From Squalus acanthias (taxonomy: Eukaryota): a DNA stretch of 64,000 bases. The stretch's first letter is position 1. Each line of letters starts with the position of its first letter. Below the pieces are notes generated by a model that saw only the letters and a list, made by a program, of their open reading frames with translations, did not search any database and was not told the DNA's origin. The DNA lies in contig CM059433.1 in assembly GCA_030390025.1 (NCBI GenBank), forward strand, positions 31,870,001 to 31,934,000, given 5' to 3'. A program made the translations under genes and the position numbers. Positions 1 to 10,577 of this stretch are shown piece after piece.

Positions 1-383
1 CTTCTAAAAAGCGAACACAGCGTGAAAAAAAAGCAGAGGAGTCAATCAGCCTGAAGATAGGCCTACGGCACATAGTTACACTGAAAGTAGAATAGGGCAT
101 GGGTTTGTCATAATTTTAAGTTGCCTTATTTCTTGGGGCAAAATTGCAGACTATTGTGCATCTGTATTGGCAGTGTCGGTTGGTAAATCTGATTGTTAGA
201 TAGGCCTCTGAAATCTATGTCTATTCCAGTGGACTCCCGCAGTATGTTTAGCGGGAGTCTGCCAGAACAACTGAATGCTACCGGAATTTAGCTACTATTT
301 TCTGGGATGGCCTTGTGGGAGCAAAGCCTCAGCCCACCCCTATAAGACTACCGATATATGGGGGAGCGGGGACAAGGGTTCCT

Positions 384-1758
384 TCTTCTTAGGCAGTCCC
401 TCGGAACCGAGGATGACTTGCTTCCACATTAAAAATGAGTTCTCAGGTGACTGATGAGTCCAATGCGGGACCTACACTCTCTGTCACAGGTGGGGCAGAC
501 GGTGGTTGAAGGAGCAGGTGGGTGGGGTGCTTGGGTTGACGTGCGCTCCTTGCGCTGCCTGCACTTGGCTTCCGCTTGCTCCCGGCGAAGAGACTCGAGG
601 TTTTCGGCGCCTTCCCGAATGCTTCTCCTCCACTTTGTGCGGTCTTGGGCCAGGGATTCCCAGGTGTCGGTGGGGATGTTACATTTTTTCAAGGAGGCTT
701 TGAGGGTGTCCTTGAAGCGTTTCCTCTGCCCACCTGGGGCTCTCTTGCCGTGCTGGAGCTCCGAGTAGAGCGCTTGTTTTGGGAGTCTCGTATCGGGCAT
801 GCAGACAATGTGACCCGTCCATCGGAGCTGATCGAGCGTGGTCAAAGCTTCGATGCTGGGGATGTTGGCCTGAGCAAGAACACTGACGTTGGTGCGCCTA
901 TCCTGCCAATGGATTTGTAGGATCTTGCGGAGGCAGCGTTGGTGATACCTCTCCAGTGCTTTGAGGTGCCTGCTGAACATGGTCCATGTCTCTGAGGCAT
1001 ACAGCAGGGCGGGTATCACTGCTGCTCTGTAGACCATGAGCTTAGTGCCGGGTTTGAGGTCCTGGTCTTCAAACACTCTCTTCCTCAGGCGACCGAAGGC
1101 TGCACTGCCACACTGAAGGCGGTGTTAGACTTCGTCGTCGACGTCTGCCCTTGTTGACTGTAGGCTCCCAAGGTATGGAAAGTGGTCCACGTTGTCCGAG
1201 GCCTTGTCGTGGATTTTGATAATCGGGGGGCAGTACTGTGTGGCGGGGGCAGGTTGGTAGAGGACCTTTGTCTTACGGATGCTAAGTGTAAGGCCCATGC
1301 TCTCGTACGCTTCGGTGAAGGTGTTGACGATGGTTTGGAGTTTGACCTCCGAGTGAGCGCAGATGCAAGCATTGTCTGCATACTGTAATTCAACGACAGA
1401 GGATAGGACGACCTTGGATCTGGACTGGAGGCGACGGAGGTTGAACAGTTTCCCGTTTGTTCTGTAAATTAGCTCCACTCCAGCGGGGAGCTTACTGAGG
1501 GTGAGATGGAGCATTGCCGCAAGGAATATCGAGAAGAGCGTTGGTGCGATGACACAGCCTTGCTTGACCCCGGTTCGTACGTGAATTGGGTCTGTGGTGG
1601 AACTGTTGGTCAGGATCACGGCTTGCATGTCGTCGTGAAGCTGGCGGAGGATGGTGACAAACTTTTGAGGGCAGCCGAATTTGCGGAGGACACTCCATAA
1701 TCCCTCACGGTTGACAGTGTCGAAGGCCTTTGTGAGATCAAAGAAGGCCATGTACAGC
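384..1758 (-). mobile_element. RTE-clade LINE, 5'-truncated copy (RT C-terminal half + 3' UTR), frameshifted
   Basis: ORFs 1125-1751 (FFDLTKAFDTV, GVKQGC, QYADN) and 429-1076 (C-terminal CPTCDRECRSRIGLISH zinc-knuckle-like motif); (AAG)n tail on minus strand; candidate 7-bp TSD GGTTCCT at 377-383 and 1759-1765. Confidence 0.93.
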
Positions 1759-2755
1759 GGTTCCTACCCCTCAGCCGTCAGTCGAGACCTGATGCTGCAT
1801 CAGCCAAGTTACGCCTGGTCTCACCAGAAGTATTTCACCAAAACCAATAGAAGTAGGATACACCTGGTGGTCCAAGCTAGGGTCAGGCCTGGACAATCTT
1901 AAGCTCAGAGGTGGTGAAGTCTTTTTAAAAAAAAATTAAACTAGCTCCTAAAACAATGAGGCCATGATCTGCAGCTTTTTTGGTGGTAGTTTGGAAGAGA
2001 ATTGATTGGAACCGTCCCCTATCCAGGGGCTGGCCAGCATCCACCAGTGTTTCCAGTGACTTCGGTGGCAGTGGGGTGGGCGGGGGGAGGGGGATGCAGT
2101 TGCTGCAGATTTGCCACCACATCAGCCAAAAGCCTGTGGGCCCCTTCCCCTGACCCTGTTAAGCTCAGCAGCAAACTTCAGCGGCAGACATGATTCTGGC
2201 ATAACTTCCCCTCCGCTACGCCCCTGTGGATTTTCTCAGCAATTGCTTCTTCAGTTGTCAGTAATGAGAAGTCGCACAACACCAGGTTATAGTCCAACAG
2301 TTTTATTTGAAATCACATGTCAGTTGTCAGTGACAGAGATAGTTTTCCCCGCTCTCATCCGCCTCCCCCCTCCCCCCACCCAGTGAATGGACGAACTCTT
2401 CATCCTCCCTCCTCCAAGCTAGCTCTGCCGGCTCCAAGCCATAGCAGTGCTCGAAGCCTTCCGCTACCCCCGTGGTGACACATTGGGAACGTCCTGAGGT
2501 CATGAAAGGTGATATATAAATGCAAGCTCTTTCTTTAGAAAAAGATGGACATTGTACTCAAAACTTGCTTTTAAAAAGCATCTTTCACATGGTCGGGATT
2601 GTCCCACCATACTTCATAACCAATGAATTACTTGCAGAGGAAGTATTTTCGGTGGGGATATGAAGGTCTTTATTCCCCCCCCCCTAAAAAAGTTTTGATT
2701 TTTGACACTTTATCTTGGGTATTTTTCAGTATTTTAGAGTGGATTTTTTATACAG

Positions 2756-2862
2756 TGGATTAAAACTTTAACCTATATGGTGCACACGATTGAAAATTTA
2801 TCTGTAAACATTTTACATACGAAAAAGTGTCCACACTTGTCTGCTACAGTGGAATGTGACAG
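2756..2862 (+). CDS. candidate host-gene exon (phase 0->2): WIKTLTYMVHTIENLSVNILHTKKCPHLSATVECD(R)
   Basis: acceptor ttttttatacAG, donor AG|GTAAAT, open frame, non-repetitive sequence, phase fits 5091-5121. Confidence 0.4.
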
Positions 2863-2902
2863 GTAAATGTAACTCTGGTAACTCAGGTGGTGCTGTAATA
2901 TT

Positions 2903-4338
2903 GAGCCAGATTTTGCTGTAGAAATAACGGTGAAGCTATCAGCGCTCACCATTATTTACACGCGAATCGAACAGCAACTTCAGGCAACTGCACATGTGCA
3001 GTTAAACGTGGAAATCCGGAAGTTGCTGTCCGAGATGCAACTTTCCTCCAAGAGCTTCCTGAAAAACGCATCTCGCTATCTGGATCCCTATTCAAATATA
3101 TTGAACAGCATGAAATTGTGATACTTATCCACCAGAAACGCCAGAAAAAGTTAGGGTTTGTCCATTCCAGTGTAAGTACCCTATTAATGGCATAAGTCTA
3201 AATTACTGCCAAACAACCTTCCTAGCACTAAAAATTAACTTTTACAAGTGTGGAGTCTCATTCCTTCAGATTTTTATTATTGTTGGAGATTTAATTATTT
3301 AAAAAAAATCATGTTTGCTTACTTTTTTTCTATTTCTTTTATCTCTCTTTCTTACTCCCATCTTTCTTTCCCTCTCTTTATTAGACTCCCTGTGCCTGAT
3401 TTGGCATTGAATGAAACCACCTCCCCTTGACATTCAACGGCATTACCATCGCCGAATCCCCCACCATCAACATCCTGGGGGTCACCATTGACCAGAAACT
3501 TAACTGGACCAGCCACATAAATACTGTGGCAACAAGAGCAGGTCAGAGGCTAGGTATTCTGCGGCGAGTGTCCCACCTCCTGACTCCCCAAAGCCTTTTC
3601 ACCATCTACAAGTCACAAGCAAGGAGTGTGATGGAGTACTCTCCACTTGCCTGGATGAGTGCAGCTCCAACAACACTCAAGAATCTCGACACCATCCAAG
3701 ACAAAGCAACCCATTTGATTGGCACCCCATCCACTACCTTAAACATTCACTCCCTCCACCACCGGCATACCGTGGCTGCAGTGTGTACCATCTACAAGAT
3801 GCACTGCAGCAACTCACCAAGGCTTCTTCGGCAGCATCTCCCAAACCCGCGACCTCTTCCACCTAGAAGGACAAGGGCAGCAGGCGCATGGGAATACCAC
3901 CACCTCCAAGTTCCCCTCCAAATCACACACCATCCTGACTTAGAAGTATATTGCCAATCCTTCATTGTCGCTGGGTCAAAATCCTGGAACTCCCTATCTA
4001 ACAGCACTGTGGGAGTACCTTCACCACACGGACTGCAGCAGTTCAAGAAGGCGGCCCACCACCACCTTCTCAAGGGCAACTAGGGATGGGAAATAAATGC
4101 TGGCCTTGCCAGCGACGCCCAGATCCCATAAGCAAATAAAAAAAAAATTCTAATTTATACTTCCTGGTTCAGACTCTGCACTGCTCATTAATGATTCTTC
4201 AATCTGATTGGTTAAGGAGACACACAATTGCTTACCCTGGTCACACAGGTCTCAGATCACCTGTACAGGACGCTGCACTGTTTGGCTCTCTAATTTACAG
4301 TAAGTTCCGGTGCAAAACCCCATAGAAAGTCTGTGGCC
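2903..4338. mobile_element. decayed Harbinger-like non-autonomous element (MITE), split by a LINE insertion
   Basis: left end gagccagattttgctg...gctcaccattattt matches the reverse complement of the right end of the 59052-59752 MITE; right end is approximate. Confidence 0.55.
3422..4148 (+). mobile_element. CR1-group LINE, 'family B' (A-rich tail), 3' fragment
   Basis: ORF 3427-4083 (ILGVTIDQKLNW...RSVMEYSPLAW); near-identical to three other copies in the window; A-rich tail at about 4133-4147. Confidence 0.88.
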
Positions 4339-5090
4339 AAGTGCAAGTGTAATGAACATCTTATTTCCAACCTGTCAAAGCTCCATGTAATCGCATTACA
4401 TTTCCCCATAAAATACTCAAAACTTTCTCCTAAATTCAATACCTGCAGCATCAAATACTCTTTCAAAACTACAGACCATCCATTGCCTCTCTCGGATGCA
4501 ATTAGACAGTTGTGCTTGTTGAAATATGTTGCTTTGTCTCCATAAGAATGTTGGCAAGCCGACAACTGCAAGCTGCAGTACTGCAAAGGTGGAATCAGCT
4601 TCTGCAGAACGCATGCAAATGTGCTAAAGAATTTCCTTCTTCACACATGACTAATTATTTAACCACACAGAGCCTCTCATAAGGTAGAGAGGTTCTGCGA
4701 TTTTCAGTGTCCCTCGGGGGGAGTCGAAGGGGTCAAAATCAGAAAAAGTGAATCACTTTACATACAAAATAACGATGCTTCTGGATGGGAACACGATTGA
4801 CAAGAGGAGAAATGAATGCAAGGAAACAGCTGTGTAAATAAATTGAAGATGATGCACCCAAATTATAAATAGGGCAATAATGATTGTGTTGGTATAAATT
4901 TAAGGTTGCTGTAACGATGATAATTATGATGATGACAAATTGGCCAGTTGATTGCTGCCTCTTAACTGACAAGTTTGTTGAGTAACTATCTTGATTACAG
5001 TCTGTTAGTCATTGAGGATGTTAGCCTGTATTATATTGCCCAGAAAATTAGCTTTTCCGTTGGATTAAAAAAGTTGTTCTCCAACAACAG

Positions 5091-5121
5091 GTTTCGTAGT
5101 TGGTGGCTCAAATACCATAAG
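5091..5121 (+). CDS. candidate 31-nt host micro-exon (phase 2->0): (R)FRSWWLKYHK
   Basis: acceptor ttgttctccaacaacAG, donor AAG|GTCTGT; bridges the phases of 2756-2862 and 6701-6878. Confidence 0.35.
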
Positions 5122-5150
5122 GTCTGTTTAGACATCTAATCTAACACATC

Positions 5151-5543
5151 GGTGCAGTACCGAGGGAGTGCTGCACTGTCAGAGGTGCCATCTTTTGGAT
5201 GAGACATTAAACCGAGGCCCTGTCTGCCCTGTCAGGTGCACATAAAAGATCCCACAGCCAATATTTTGAAGAAGAGCAAGGGAGTTCTCCCCAGTGTCCT
5301 GGCCAATATTTATCCCTCAATCAATATCACTGAAAAACAGATGATCTGGTCGTTATAGCATTAGCAGGTCATTGTAGCATTGCTGTTTGTGGGATTTTGC
5401 AATGCACGAATTGGCTGCCACATTTCCCTACATTACAACAGTGGCTACACTTAAAAAAAAAAGAACTTCATTGGCTGTAAAGTGCTTTGGGATGTCCCAA
5501 GGTCAAGAAAAGTGCCACGTAAATGCAACTTCTTTCTTTCTTT
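5151..5543 (+). mobile_element. DeuSINE (SacSINE1-like), 5'-truncated
   Basis: core gcagtac.gagggagtgctgcactgtc...ttaaaccgaggccc...gaagaagagca; tail ...aaatgcaa + CT-rich end; many copies in window. Confidence 0.85.
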
Positions 5544-6700
5544 ACAATGAGATGAGGTTAGACCTCCTGTCAATCAGCAGTGAATGAGCAGAAAATCTAC
5601 CCTAGATCACTGGGGCTGAACGCCACAGTTGGGTAGGAAAATATTTGTTCCCCTTCTAGATTTCATTCCAGTCATACACATACACATACATATGGATACA
5701 CACACAGACACAAGTGCCCTAAATTCAATGAGCCCAAAATTCCAGTCCAGATCAAAGGTGGAAAGTGGGCAGATTGCCTGCCGGTGGCCAGAATTTTGAG
5801 CAGAACCAGTTCCCATCCCGTTTCCTTCAGCCAGCCAATTTCTGTTGGTGAAGAAGAAATGTGAGCAGGTCTTCTGCCTGCCCTCCTACACATCAAGGGC
5901 GTGTTTGGGGAATTCCTGGGCTACCACATGATTTTGGCCCATTCTACACGTATAAGGCCTTAATGGAACTCTAGCCAGTTAAGAGAGGGCGAAAGTCCAA
6001 CTGAGGCCTTTTGAAAGGCCCCAATCCAGACGCAGAATGGCCATAATTTGTATAGTGATCATATCTGCTCACCAAACCACTGGATGTGCTACTCATGGGT
6101 GCCCCTTGGATGTAAGGGTTCTGTGCAAACTGAATACGACGGTCTGAACCAGTTCCTTAACCAGAGCACAAAATTATGCCTAATTTGGCACTGAAGTGGC
6201 ATGTTCTCTCAGACAGGGCACTAAGATAACTGTTACGGTAAATAGAAGGGGACATTCTTCTGAACCTGGGATGCCCCACGTACTCTCTCATGATCTCTGC
6301 TCCATTTGACTATTCTCCTGAGGGAAAGACAACTAAATTAAACTCCAGCATATCCATTCATCCCCAGTATTCAACCAGGGTAAACTACCCTCCACAAATG
6401 ACATTTCCCCTTAAGCCTCCTCCCCACTCAAACCCCAGCCAATCTCAGCAACACATCATGTCCCATTGAGTATTTGATCAACTTTAATCCACATTTTGCT
6501 TTTAGTCTTCAATCTCATTGTGCGGCAGCTCTTTATTTGGAAGAGGTTGGTCAATCCAGGGACTAATTGCTTTTGCTGGATGTTTCTTCCAGAGATGCAC
6601 TGTTCTGTTAAGGAATTTTTTGTTTTGCTGTCAATTCTTTAACCTCGCTTGAGGCTCATGAATGTTTAAATTGACATGAATAAAATATTATTTACTGCAG

Positions 6701-6878
6701 CTATTTACTCCAGAGCCCCTCAGCACAGAATCATATCAATTGCTTGACCACAGAGTTGAGCCAGACTGCGAAATGGCTCGCATAAAAATGTCTGAATCAA
6801 GGAAACAAAACCTGGTACGATCACCTAAAGAGCTTACGCATCCCACCAAGCGCCAACAATTCCAAGCGTCAAATAGAG
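6701..6878 (+). CDS. candidate host-gene exon (phase 0->1): LFTPEPLSTESYQLLDHRVEPDCEMARIKMSESRKQNLVRSPKELTHPTKRQQFQASNR
   Basis: acceptor tatttactgcAG, donor GAG|GTAAAT, 59 open codons + 1 nt; phase fits 15233-15326. Confidence 0.6.
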
Positions 6879-6887
6879 GTAAATGAA

Positions 6888-7331
6888 TACATAGAAACAT
6901 AGAAACTAGGAGCAGGAGTAGGCCATTCGGCCCGTCGAGCCTGCTCCACCATTCAATACGATCATGGCTGATCATCCAAATCCAGTACCCTGTCCCTGCT
7001 TTCTCACGCAGAATCCCCATCGAGCCTGCACCGACACATATCCCACCCTATCCCCGTAACCCCACGTATTTAATTCCCCCTAACATATCCCATCCTATCC
7101 CCGTAACCCCACATATTTAATCCCCCCCTAACACTAAGGGTCAATTTATCATAGCCAAATCAACCTAACCCGCACATTTTTGGACTGTGGGAGGAAACCG
7201 GAGCACCCGGAGGAAACCCACGCAGACACAGGGAGAATGTGCAAACTCCACACAGACAGTCACCCGAGGCCGGATTCGAACCCGGGTCCCTGGCGCTGTG
7301 GGGCACCAGTGCTAACCACTATGCCACCGTG
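6888..7331 (-). mobile_element. HE1-type V-SINE (tRNA-derived) carrying a CR1 3' tail
   Basis: minus strand A-box TGGCATAGTGG, B-box GTTCGAATCC, V-domain TGCGTGGGTTTCCTCCGGGTGCTCCGGTTTCCTCCCACAGTCCAAA; 6888-7005 matches the 3' end of the adjacent CR1 including the (TATGTTTC)n tail. Confidence 0.9.
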
Positions 7332-10162
7332 TTGATTTGATTGGGATTACAGAAACATGGCTCCAGGGTGGCCAAGGCTGGGAACTCAACATCCAGGGGT
7401 ATTCAATATTTAGGAAAGATAGGCAAAAAAGAAAGGGAGGTGGGGTAGCATTGCTGGTTAAAGAGGGGACTAACACAATTGAAAGGAAGGATAGTAACTC
7501 TGATGATGCGGAATCTGTATGGGTAGAGCTGAGAAATAACAAGGAGCAGAAAACGTTAGTGGGAGTGGTAAATAGACCTCCAAACAGTAATACGATGGTT
7601 GGGGATGGCATTAAAAGGGAAATTAGAGAAGCATGCAGTAAAGGCACAGCAGTCATCATGGGTGACTTTAATTTACATATAGATTGGGCTAACCAAATTA
7701 GTAAAAATACTGTGGAGGAGGAATTCCGAGAATGTTTAAGGGATGGTTTTCTGGAACAATATGTCGAGAAACCAACCAGAGATCAGGCCATCTTAGACTG
7801 GGTATTATGTAACGAGAAAGGATTAATTAGCAATCTTTTTGTACGAGGCCCCTTGTATCAGAGTGATCATAATATGATAGAATTCTTCATTAGGATGGAG
7901 AGTGAAGTAGTTGAATCAGAGATTAGGGTCCTGAATTTAAATAAAGGAAACTATGATGGTATGAGGCGCGAATTGGGTAGGATTGATTGGGGAATGTCAC
8001 TCAAAGGGTTGGCGGTGGATAGGCAATGGCAAACATTCAAAGACTGCATGGATGAATGACAGAATTTGTTCATCCCAGTGTGGCATAAGAATAAAACAAA
8101 AAGGGTGACTCAACCGTGGCTAACAAGGGAAATTAGGGATAGCATAAGATCCAAGGAGAGGGCATATAAATTGGCCAGAAAAAGCGGTAACCCTGAGGAT
8201 TGGGAGCAGTTTAGGATTCAACAAAGGAGGACAAAGGGATTAATTAAGAAGGGGAAAATAGAATATGAAAGTAAGCTTTCAGGGAACATAAAAACTGACT
8301 GTAAGAGCTTTTATAGATATGTGAAGAGAAAAAGATTAGTGAAATCAAGTGTAGGTCCCTTGCAGTCAGAAGCGGGGGAAGTTATAATGGGGAACAAAGA
8401 AATGGCAGACCAATTAAATGCATATTTTGGTTCTGTCTTCATAAGGGAGGACACAAATAACCTCCCAGAGATGTTAGTGAACATAGGGTCTGATGAAAGG
8501 GAGGAACTGAAAGAAAACAGTATTTGCAGGGAAATGGTGTTAGGGAAATTGACGGGATTGAAGGCCGATAAATCCCCAGGGCCTGATAATCTACATCCTA
8601 GGGTAATTAAGGAAGTGGCCCTAGAAATAGTAGATGCATTGCTGATCATCTTCCAACATTCGATGGAATTTGGAACTGTACCCATGGATTGGAGGGTAGC
8701 TAATGTTACCCCACTATTCAAAAAGGGTGGTAGACAGAAAGCGGGAAATTATAGACCGGTAAGCCTGACATCGGTAGTGGGGAAAATGCTAGAGTCCATT
8801 ATAAAGGATGTAATAGCAGAGCACTTGGAAAACAGTGACAGGATCGGACAAAGTCAACATGGATTTACAAAAGGTAAATAGTGCTTGACTAATCTACTGG
8901 AATTTTTTGAGGATGTAACTGGGAAAATAGATAAGGGAGAACCAGTAGATGTGGTGTATTTGGACTTTCAAAAGGCTTTCGATAAGGTCCCGCATAAGAG
9001 ATTAGCGTGTAAAGTTAAGGCACATGGGATTGGGAGCAAGGTATTGACTTGGATCGAGAACTGGTTGGTGGACAGAAAGCAGAGAGTAGGAATTAATGGG
9101 TCTTTTTCCGAGTGGCAGGCAGTGACTAGTGGGGTACCGCAGGGATCGGTCCTTGGACCCCAGCTATTCACAATATACATTAATGATCTAGATAAGGGAA
9201 CTAAATGTAATATCTCCAAGTTTGCAGATGACACAAAGCTGGGTGGGCGTGTGTGCTGCGAGGAGGATACCAAGAAACTCCAGGATGATTTGGATAGGTT
9301 GGGTGAGTGGGCAGAAGCGTGGCAGATGAAATATAACGTGGATAAATGCGAGGTTATCCACTTTGGTGTCAAAAACAGAAAGGCAGACTATTATCTGAAT
9401 GGCAATAGATTGGGAGAAGGGGAAGTGCAACGAGACCTGGGTGTCCTTGTGCACCAGTCGCTGAAGGTAAGCATGCAGGTGCAGCAGGCGGTTAAGAAGG
9501 CAAATGGTATGTTGGCCTTCATAGCGAAAGGGTTTGAGTATAGGAACAAGGATGTCTTGCTGCAGTTGTACAGGGCCTTGGTGAGACCATACCTTGAGTA
9601 CTATGTGCAGTTTTGGCCGCCTTATCTGAGGAAGGATGTTCTTGCCATGGAAGGAGTTCAGCGAAGATTCACAAGGCTGATACCTGGGATGGCAGGAATG
9701 ACATATGAGGAGAGATTGGGTAGATTGGGCTTATACTTGCTAGAGTATAGAAGAATGAGAGGGGATCTCATCGAAACATATAAAATTCTGACAGGTCTGG
9801 ACAAACTAGATGCAGGAAGAATGTTCCCGATGGTTGGGGAGTCCAGAACCAGGGGTCATGATCTAGGGATAAGGGGTAAGCCATTTAGGACAGAAATGAG
9901 GAAGAATTTCTTCACACAGAGAGTGGTGAACCTGTGGAATTCTCTACCACAGAAGGTAGTTGAGGCCAAGTCATTAAATATATTCAAGAATGAGTTAGAT
10001 ATATTTCTTAAAGCTAAAGGTATCAAGGGATATGGGGAGAAGGCAGGTACAGGGTACTGAGTTTGGATGATCAGCCATGATCTCATCGAATGGCGGAGCA
10101 GGCTCGAGGAGCCAAATGGCCTACTCCTGCTCCTATCTTCTATGTTTCTATGTTTCTATGTT
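7332..10162 (+). mobile_element. CR1 LINE, 5'-truncated, almost intact ORF2 (APE endonuclease + RT)
   Basis: ORFs 7337-8059, 8066-8881 and 8885-10060 lie in one frame separated by two stops; motifs [32 protein letters not shown]; (TATGTTTC)n tail. Confidence 0.96.
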
Positions 10163-10249
10163 TACCGCTGCTGTCGATAGGAACTGCATCAATTCACTGC
10201 TGTCCAATACTGCAGGAGACTGCGAGTCTACAACAATGTTTCAGGAGAA

Positions 10250-10567
10250 AAGAAAAAGAAAGACTTGCATTTATATTGCGCCATTCATGACATCAGGATG
10301 TCCCAAAGCGCTTTACAGCCAATGAAGTACTGTTGAAGTGTAGTCACTGTTGTAATGTAGGAAATGCGACAGACAATTTATGCACAGCAAGCTCCCACAA
10401 ACAGCAATGTGATAATGACCAGATAATCTGCTTTTTTGGTGATGTTGGTTGAAGGATAACTATTAGCCAGGATATCAGGGAGAACTCCCCTGTAGTCTTC
10501 AAAATAGTACCATATGATCTTTTACATCCATGTGAGAGGGCAGATGGGGCCTCGGTTTAACGTCTCA
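10250..10567 (-). mobile_element. DeuSINE (SacSINE1-like), 5'-truncated
   Basis: reverse complement of the SINE 3' half seen at 24813-25262. Confidence 0.87.
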
Positions 10568-10577
10568 TTTTATCCTC

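Noticed and set aside
454..1700. Plus-strand ORFs overlapping RTE copies and similar antisense ORFs over CR1 and Harbinger
   Set aside because: Antisense shadows of transposon ORFs, many opened at non-ATG starts by the ORF track.
4547..4835. Additional exon candidates starting at 4547, 4671 or 4708
   Set aside because: Several mutually exclusive frames with weak splice sites, and not needed for phase continuity; left unresolved.
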